Source: a virus (Duplodnaviria; Caudoviricetes). From it: 38,443 bases of DNA. Position 1 is the stretch's first letter. Each line of letters begins with the position of its first letter. The stretch lies in the IMG/VR virus record IMGVR_UViG_3300033067_001359, positions 1 through 38,443 of that record, one strand, 5' to 3'. Below, piece by piece: positions 32,555 to 38,443 of this stretch. The notes below the pieces were generated by a model, which was not told the origin of the DNA, did no database searches, and saw only the letters and a program-made list of their open reading frames with translations. The position numbers and the translations under genes were made by a program.

Positions 32555-34323
32555 TGGCTGACGTGAATGATGATCCTTTCGCGGCACTTGCTCCGCAGAC
32601 GGTTTCAAAGGAAGAGCTGCAAGCCACGGGTGCCTTACCAAAGGAAACCAAGCCTCTCAGCCTGACGGATCGTCTGGCGCTCACTATCATCTTTGACACG
32701 CAGCCAAAGAAACGTGCGGCCTTTCTCAATAAGCTTGGCTATGAGATGGACCCGCAGAATGACAATCGTTACCGGCCGATTGGCTCAAAGGAGAAATTTC
32801 TAAGGGAAATTGATCCGCTCGGTGGCGAGGAAACAAGCAGCACGAAAGCATATTTCAAGGAGCTTGCAGCAGATGCACTAGAGGCAGGAGCGGTTGGAGT
32901 GCAGGGAGCTGGCGAATTGGCAGGCTTTGCTGCTGGTGGCCCGGCAGGGAGAGCCTTAGCTTACAACGTAATTGAGTCCGCTAAAGACACCTTGGCTCCG
33001 CTGTTCTTGGACAAAGACATTCCTACTGATTACGCGCTTCGCGCCGCACAGACTGCTTATGGAGCCATTCTGCCTGAAGCCATGGCAGGTGGATCGAAGC
33101 TCGCAACCGATAAGCTTATCAAGCCTGCTCTTGAGGGAATCTCAAACGGCGTACGCAAGCTCTACAAGTTTGGCGGCGGCAACATCTCAGACACTGTCTG
33201 GCAGGGGTTACAAAAAAACTGGAAGCTACTTTCTGACGAGAAGGCCTTGAAGAGTGCCGGCGATGCAATTGATTCTACGGTTGAGAAGCTATACGGAATG
33301 GAAGCCGGAGATAAGGTCATTCCAAAGAAGATTGAACCCGGTAGTCTTTTCTCAGACGCTCTTAATGCCCTAGAGGGGCCGCGTCGTGCTGAGGCTTCAA
33401 AGCTATCCGCAATCGGACAGGCTTCCATTTCAAAAGACGAGGCACTTGCCCCGTTGCTTGCAGCTAAGGCTCGCATCGAGCAAAAGCCGAGATTGTCTGA
33501 TACGGTCGATGAGCCTGGACTGGCGTGGATCAACAAAGAAATCGGTAAACTTCAAAAGTCGGGCGCTCAAAGCTATACCTTTGGAGAGGCTGATGACATT
33601 GTGAAGTCTCTTCAGACTGACGCATATGACAGCGACGAAGCATGGCGCACTCAAATCGTTCAGCCGCTCGTTGAAGACATCAATGGGCTGCTTAAAGCAA
33701 AAGCCGAGTCTTTAGGCTCACCTTATGCTCAAATTAAGCAACAGGAATCCCAGATCTTTAAAGCCTTTCAAAAGTCCCGCAAGGCTCTCAACAAGGAAAC
33801 CGCTCGTAGCTTAGTTGTCGGCGGCCTGCCGACTGGTGCGGACCGTGCTGATCTCAACACGAAAGCTTTGAACGAAGCCGTGGACGCTATCTCTGCCACC
33901 GTGATACCTGGATTTAAGGACCAGCTGCAAAATGATCAGATCGCTCACCAGGTCTTCAAGGTCATGGAGTCAAGTTCCCGGCCGAAGGGCTCTTTTGGCG
34001 TGCTATCGACAGCCGGTGGCTTGGGAGCTGGCACCTATGCAGCGTTAAATGCTACTCCACTGTCGCCAGTAGCCGCTCCGGCAGCCGCCGCAACCTCAGC
34101 TCTAACCGCAGCCGCTCTCGTGCCTCGCATCGGGTTGCCTGTGGCTGGAGCAGCGGATCAGTTGGCTAGTCGCTTGAGCACGGCAGCAGCTCCTGAGGCG
34201 GCGTCAGAAGGCGTAGCAGCGTTGCTCCGGCAATCGCTAGCACAACCTGTTGCAGCGGAGCTGGCCGCGCCACAGAACGTGGCACCGGCCCCGGTTGAAG
34301 ATGACCCGTTTGCTGGACTCTAA
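32554..34323 (+). CDS. large internal virion/ejection protein
   Basis: 589 aa Ala/Gly-rich helical; last gene of the operon. Confidence 0.65.
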   Translation: MADVNDDPFAALAPQTVSKEELQATGALPKETKPLSLTDRLALTIIFDTQPKKRAAFLNKLGYEMDPQNDNRYRPIGSKEKFLREIDPLGGEETSSTKAYFKELAADALEAGAVGVQGAGELAGFAAGGPAGRALAYNVIESAKDTLAPLFLDKDIPTDYALRAAQTAYGAILPEAMAGGSKLATDKLIKPALEGISNGVRKLYKFGGGNISDTVWQGLQKNWKLLSDEKALKSAGDAIDSTVEKLYGMEAGDKVIPKKIEPGSLFSDALNALEGPRRAEASKLSAIGQASISKDEALAPLLAAKARIEQKPRLSDTVDEPGLAWINKEIGKLQKSGAQSYTFGEADDIVKSLQTDAYDSDEAWRTQIVQPLVEDINGLLKAKAESLGSPYAQIKQQESQIFKAFQKSRKALNKETARSLVVGGLPTGADRADLNTKALNEAVDAISATVIPGFKDQLQNDQIAHQVFKVMESSSRPKGSFGVLSTAGGLGAGTYAALNATPLSPVAAPAAAATSALTAAALVPRIGLPVAGAADQLASRLSTAAAPEAASEGVAALLRQSLAQPVAAELAAPQNVAPAPVEDDPFAGL

Positions 34324-35333
34324 AGGTTATTGAGCACAGTCCGCCACTTATCTGCTGCATGCGAACTTAACCGTTCGCTCAGCACATAGTCACGCGCCCG
34401 GCTTCCCATCTCTTCCATCTTCTCTGGATGGTTAGCGGCCCACGTCAGCTGCTCCTCCCACGAGTTGAAGTCAGAGTTGTCTTCAGCAAACAGCATCACT
34501 TGGCGATGAGCATGCTGAATGAAATCGGATCTGGGTGAGGCAATAAGCGGGATGCCGTGCGGTGCCATCTCGAGTAACTTCAAATCGCTTTTGGCTTCAT
34601 TGAACGGATTCTTGTTTAAGCCCACCAAGCAAACTGAGAAGGGATAGGCGGCCGCCACTCCTGGATAGCTTAAGTAATCAACGTAGCCTGACTCAAAGAC
34701 CACTTGCGTGCCAAATTCACGATACAGATCATCCGGACAGATGCCGTGGAAGTAGCTCTTAGCGTCAGCATTTGACCGTAGGAACTGCTTTAAGCCAGCC
34801 TTGAAAGTGTCTTGATCGGCACGATGTTGCTGGCCACCAGTCCACCCTGCAATGAAGCAGTTTTTATGCGGCTTATTTAACGGCTTATAGGCCTTGTAGA
34901 CCCGTTCACTGATGGAGTTTTCAATCACCGTTTGACGTGGATTATGGGCTGCGTAACGAGTGGCCAGAAACTTTGTCGAGAAGACGCAGTGGTCTACGGC
35001 TTGAATGAGGAAGGCGATCTTTTGCGAGCTGAAGTGCCCGTAGGCTTCATGGTCTAGAGGCAAATCAGAAAGCAAATCGTCGAGATCCACAATCGTCTTG
35101 CAGCCGTAATGGAACTTGGCACGTTCAGCTAGATACAGGAACTCGTCACTGGTGGGATGAACAAAGACTAAAGCATCCAGGTAAAAAGCATCAGAGTGAC
35201 GCAGATCGCCAATGTCAAAGAATCTAAAATCAAATTCATCCCGGAGATGGATGAATGGTAAATGCACTCGCTGATAAACAAGTCCATGGTTTGAGTTAGG
35301 GGAGACGACGCCAATCTTAAGCTTTTTGCTCAT
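34320..35333 (-). CDS. glycosyltransferase, GT-B fold (GT4-like)
   Basis: VDLDD, GWTGG, NPFNEAKSDLKLLE, GIPLIAS. Confidence 0.85.
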   Translation of the reverse strand: MSKKLKIGVVSPNSNHGLVYQRVHLPFIHLRDEFDFRFFDIGDLRHSDAFYLDALVFVHPTSDEFLYLAERAKFHYGCKTIVDLDDLLSDLPLDHEAYGHFSSQKIAFLIQAVDHCVFSTKFLATRYAAHNPRQTVIENSISERVYKAYKPLNKPHKNCFIAGWTGGQQHRADQDTFKAGLKQFLRSNADAKSYFHGICPDDLYREFGTQVVFESGYVDYLSYPGVAAAYPFSVCLVGLNKNPFNEAKSDLKLLEMAPHGIPLIASPRSDFIQHAHRQVMLFAEDNSDFNSWEEQLTWAANHPEKMEEMGSRARDYVLSERLSSHAADKWRTVLNNL

Positions 35334-35583
35334 AATCCTCTCGACGGATACCATGCTTCTTCATCTTTTCACAGAAGGTTGTGCGGTTGATGCCAAGGAT
35401 ATTGGCACCGCGTTGCGGGCTTCCTTCACCTTCAATGAGCGTATTCTCAACTAAGGCGGCCTCGAGCAGGTCAAATGCCTGCTTTATCGTTAGGCCATTC
35501 TTTAGCAGCGCTGTTCTCAGCAACTTGTAACAAGTATCTAGCTCTGAGGAGGGTAAGGAATGTTTCAATTTCAACTGCGGCAT
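35317..35583 (-). CDS. stand-alone Fis-family HTH protein
   Basis: EAALVENTL...GANILGINRTTFCEKMKKHGI; start uncertain. Confidence 0.75.
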   Translation of the reverse strand: MPQLKLKHSLPSSELDTCYKLLRTALLKNGLTIKQAFDLLEAALVENTLIEGEGSPQRGANILGINRTTFCEKMKKHGIRREDYEQKA

Positions 35584-35869
35584 AGAGTTTCCCTCGGTTT
35601 CTGGTGAAGGATAGAACTCCAGGATAGCTCCCATGTCCAGCGGCCTGCCTTAGTGCGTCCCAAATATTGAGCTTTTCTTGATTCTTAGATTCAAAGCAAA
35701 AAGGAAGCGCCGAGCGGGCAGCGGGAGAAAGCCAAAGGTCCTCTCCAACCACGCCACTCGGCACAACCTTAATGTCATCCGGGCTGAGTTCCGGGAAACG
35801 CGAAAGCAAAAGGTCCCTTAGAGCAGCGCACGCTCTCCTCCCCTTGGCTTTCGCACTAGATGCTCGCAT
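35471..35869 (-). CDS. PD-(D/E)XK Holliday junction resolvase-like nuclease
   Basis: SAKAKGR...GEDL...FESKNQEKLNIW. Confidence 0.75.
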   Translation of the reverse strand: MRASSAKAKGRRACAALRDLLLSRFPELSPDDIKVVPSGVVGEDLWLSPAARSALPFCFESKNQEKLNIWDALRQAAGHGSYPGVLSFTRNRGKLYAAVEIETFLTLLRARYLLQVAENSAAKEWPNDKAGI

Positions 35870-35895
35870 CCCCCGATGCCCCCTCCCAGGATAAG

Positions 35896-36318
35896 TTAAC
35901 CGTTCTTGAGTGCCAGAAACGCGGCCAGAGGCTTTTCGGGATCACGTTGAATGGTGAAAGTCGAAACCTCTTTGCCACCCTTCTTCTGGGTATAGCTTGA
36001 AACTCTGGTGAACCGGCAAAAGTATCCCAGCATTTTCATCTTTTCTTTGCCGTCAGCCAGATGCTCAGGCTTTGCGGACTTGTCGCCAGTCTTTGCAGCG
36101 AGGATGTTCGTTGCATCGTATTTTGCCGTGCCGCCAGTTAGGATCTTTACTGCCTTACCCGTTTCAGCATCGTAGCCCGTGAAATTTACGGTCGGCGTGT
36201 TGAACTGCTTATTCATATCGGCCACCACGTCTTCAACGTAGAAGTCTTTATGTTGACCGGGCTCCAGCGAGTTCAGAAGGAAGCTGTCGTCTTGGTTTGA
36301 AAGTGTCTCAAGTGCCAT
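35896..36318 (-). CDS. hypothetical protein, possibly OB-fold ssDNA-binding
   Basis: AAGGAG RBS; beta-rich; near the RecE-like gene. Confidence 0.55.
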   Translation of the reverse strand: MALETLSNQDDSFLLNSLEPGQHKDFYVEDVVADMNKQFNTPTVNFTGYDAETGKAVKILTGGTAKYDATNILAAKTGDKSAKPEHLADGKEKMKMLGYFCRFTRVSSYTQKKGGKEVSTFTIQRDPEKPLAAFLALKNG

Positions 36319-36328
36319 CTCAGTCTCC

Positions 36329-36598
36329 TTACGCAATGTCAGTGGGGTCAACGGGGTACTGCTGAACAATGGCGCTGTTCGCACTCATCATCACAAAGCT
36401 CAATTGAGTAAGTGCAGTGGCCTTTTCGCGGGACTCAGGGCAGAGATCCCCGATCAGGAACGCAAGTTCACGGACCTTTTTGCGGATCGTGGTCATGTTC
36501 GACTTCCCGGTAGCGTCCGGCGAATGGAATGCAAATCTAGACAGAATTTCTGCCTGTTGTTTCGTCATTCCCGGTTCATTGGTTCCAAGTTCACTCAT
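36329..36598 (-). CDS. Acb2/Tad1-like helical hairpin protein
   Basis: RFAFHSP...IR...ELA...CPESREKATALTQL...MSANSAI. Confidence 0.6.
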   Translation of the reverse strand: MSELGTNEPGMTKQQAEILSRFAFHSPDATGKSNMTTIRKKVRELAFLIGDLCPESREKATALTQLSFVMMSANSAIVQQYPVDPTDIA

Positions 36599-37448
36599 AT
36601 TTTACCTCTCTTTTTTCTTGTTCTTGTTTCTCTGCAAGCGCCCGCTGATGATACCAGCTAGACACTCCACATTCTCCTGAATGAAGCGGAAGAGCCGGAT
36701 ACTCTTTGCGCTCCTGACACTGTTTCACGGCCTTCAGTGCCTGCTTATATTCAAAGCGTCCAAGGTCTAGATCTTCCTGCTTTGCCGAATGCAGGGTCAT
36801 AAGAAAGGGACGCTCGTGACTGACCGCAAGCCACTCCCATCTGGTCCACTTCTTACCAGTTAGTTTTGATAGGCCATCGAGATAATAGGCAGCCTGTCTG
36901 TGATACTTCCAAAGGGTCACCGAGTGGGCAAAGTCTTTCGGGTCTTTCGTGGTCTTGAGATCCAGTACCCAGGCATCTTCCATGAATGCCATGTCAGCGC
37001 GGGCTTTGCACTGCACCCCAGTCTCTTCATCAATCCAGAAAAACGAAACCTCAGCTTTACCTTTCCCAAGCAAGTCGCCGTAGTTCTGATGCACGAGATC
37101 TGAACAATCAGCGTAGCGATCATAGTCTTCTGCCGGGAGGAAAATCTTATTTGGATATTCACTCTCAAGCCTAGCTTTAGTTTCTTTGCCGACCTTAGTT
37201 CTAAGATCAAGCTCTGGGAGTCTGCCGTATTCTTGCAGGAAAAGATTTGGCTCTAGCACTGCCGAGTGAACGGCGGTTCCTTCTTTCTGAGCTTTCCCGC
37301 TGGGAGTTTTATTTCCCTCCAGGATGCGGTATTGATAGAGCCTTGGGGCGCTTAGAAATAACGACAGTTCAGAGTTCGACATCCAATCCGTATGTGAACG
37401 GTAGACGTCGTTTGGCATGTTTTCATAAATCCCCGGCTTAATCCCCAT
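36591..37448 (-). CDS. RecE/exonuclease VIII-like PD-(D/E)XK nuclease (DUF3799-like)
   Basis: GTAVHSAVLEP, EVSFFW, CKARAD, DLKTT, YHRQAAYY. Confidence 0.88.
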   Translation of the reverse strand: MGIKPGIYENMPNDVYRSHTDWMSNSELSLFLSAPRLYQYRILEGNKTPSGKAQKEGTAVHSAVLEPNLFLQEYGRLPELDLRTKVGKETKARLESEYPNKIFLPAEDYDRYADCSDLVHQNYGDLLGKGKAEVSFFWIDEETGVQCKARADMAFMEDAWVLDLKTTKDPKDFAHSVTLWKYHRQAAYYLDGLSKLTGKKWTRWEWLAVSHERPFLMTLHSAKQEDLDLGRFEYKQALKAVKQCQERKEYPALPLHSGECGVSSWYHQRALAEKQEQEKREVKYE

Positions 37449-37463
37449 AGAGGAGTAGTTTAG

Positions 37464-38249
37464 GTGAGTTCCGAGAAAACGCAAATGAAGCTGGGCGTCA
37501 TCATCCCCAACTATTCAAAGTCCCCGAAAGACTTGGACATGCTAAAGCGCGCCATTTCATCAGTCCGTTTGCATGAGCCTCGCATGCCGATTCTGATTGT
37601 AGACGACGCATCGCCCTGGCCGCCTCGTCATGTGACTTTCTCCGAGATGTTGATACCCGTGTGGCATAGGAAGGTAAACGGTGGCTATTCGGCTGCCATC
37701 AATTCGGGCCTCTCCATTCTAAGGTCAGCTGGCTTCACGCATGTGCTGACGATGAATTCAGATGTGGAAGTGACAACACCGTTTCGGCTAACGCTAGAGG
37801 ATGCCTTCAAGCAGGCTGACATCATCGGTGGCCGGCTCCTGTATCCGACAGGTCGCATTCAGGCGGCAGGCTTTGAGATTGACGACGAGGGACGCCCCCT
37901 TGAGATCGCAAAAGGAAAAATCTTCCATGATGCAGCCGAGACTCACATGCCTCGCTACTGCTTCGGGGTCACAGGTGCCCTACAAGCCTTCTCACTGGCG
38001 ATTGGTAATTACTCGGAAGCCTATGGCCTTGGCTTTGAAGACGTAGAGTTTTGTGCCAGAGCCTGGTCCACTGGTCGCAAGGTTGCCTATATCCCGACCA
38101 TTCAAGGGGTGCATGGCGAATCAGAAACCCGCGGCAAGGAACCAAGCGCCAGAGAGATGGCTTCTATGCGCCAGTGGATGGAAGTGGACTCAAGGCTCCA
38201 TGACCTGCCACGGATTCGCCAGCGAATTGCGGCACTAAACAGGGTCTAG
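37464..38249 (+). CDS. glycosyltransferase family 2
   Basis: VIIPNY, IVDDAS, NGGYSAAINSG, NSD, GFEDVEFC. Confidence 0.9.
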   Translation: MSSEKTQMKLGVIIPNYSKSPKDLDMLKRAISSVRLHEPRMPILIVDDASPWPPRHVTFSEMLIPVWHRKVNGGYSAAINSGLSILRSAGFTHVLTMNSDVEVTTPFRLTLEDAFKQADIIGGRLLYPTGRIQAAGFEIDDEGRPLEIAKGKIFHDAAETHMPRYCFGVTGALQAFSLAIGNYSEAYGLGFEDVEFCARAWSTGRKVAYIPTIQGVHGESETRGKEPSAREMASMRQWMEVDSRLHDLPRIRQRIAALNRV

Positions 38250-38430
38250 AGGCAAGTTCCAGTTCGTCTTCTGAAAAGATGAACCCTCGTTGGTTACCGT
38301 AAGCAATGATCACATGGCATACGTACGCCAGAGGCTTATCAGCTCTCTCAAGCCGCTCTGCCACGTAGAACTTTGCGTTCTTAAAGAAGCCGTCTTTGGG
38401 CTTAACCACGTCACCGTAAAAGAATTTCAT
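38164..38430 (-). CDS. hypothetical protein
   Basis: GGAGGAG RBS; FYGDVVK...FSEDELEL SH3-like pattern. Confidence 0.6.
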   Translation of the reverse strand: MKFFYGDVVKPKDGFFKNAKFYVAERLERADKPLAYVCHVIIAYGNQRGFIFSEDELELASRPCLVPQFAGESVAGHGALSPLPSTGA

Positions 38431-38443
38431 CTCACTCCTCCAT

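Noticed and set aside
38431-38443. Joining the window ends fuses the 1..149 ORF in frame to 38164..38430, suggesting circularity
   Set aside because: One-in-three chance event; no terminal repeat seen; the last ORF has its own RBS and the fusion lacks recombinase motifs

Overview
Most of a tailed dsDNA phage or prophage genome with podovirus-like organisation. It contains: (1) leftward accessory/early genes (1-13.2 kb), split by a ~1.1 kb repeat-rich non-coding block and by an IS1595-family element (perfect 24-bp TIRs, 5579-7237) carrying an adenine methyltransferase passenger; (2) a rightward morphogenesis operon (TerS, intein-containing TerL, portal, scaffold, cement, major capsid, tail fibre, holin-like protein, amidase, adaptor, nozzle, second fibre, two GNAT-like proteins, three ejection proteins; 13.7-34.3 kb); (3) a mostly leftward block with glycosyltransferases, Fis-like HTH, resolvase, Acb2/Tad1-like protein and RecE-like exonuclease. 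Two things stand out. First, the TerL intein has no in-frame endonuclease; a complete HTH-HNH endonuclease gene with its own RBS lies on the opposite strand inside it, with both strands open for 708 bp. Second, both tail-fibre-like proteins start with classical Sec signal peptides. No polymerase, helicase or primase is recognisable. All calls come from motif reading by eye; no searches were run, so novelty is unverified.
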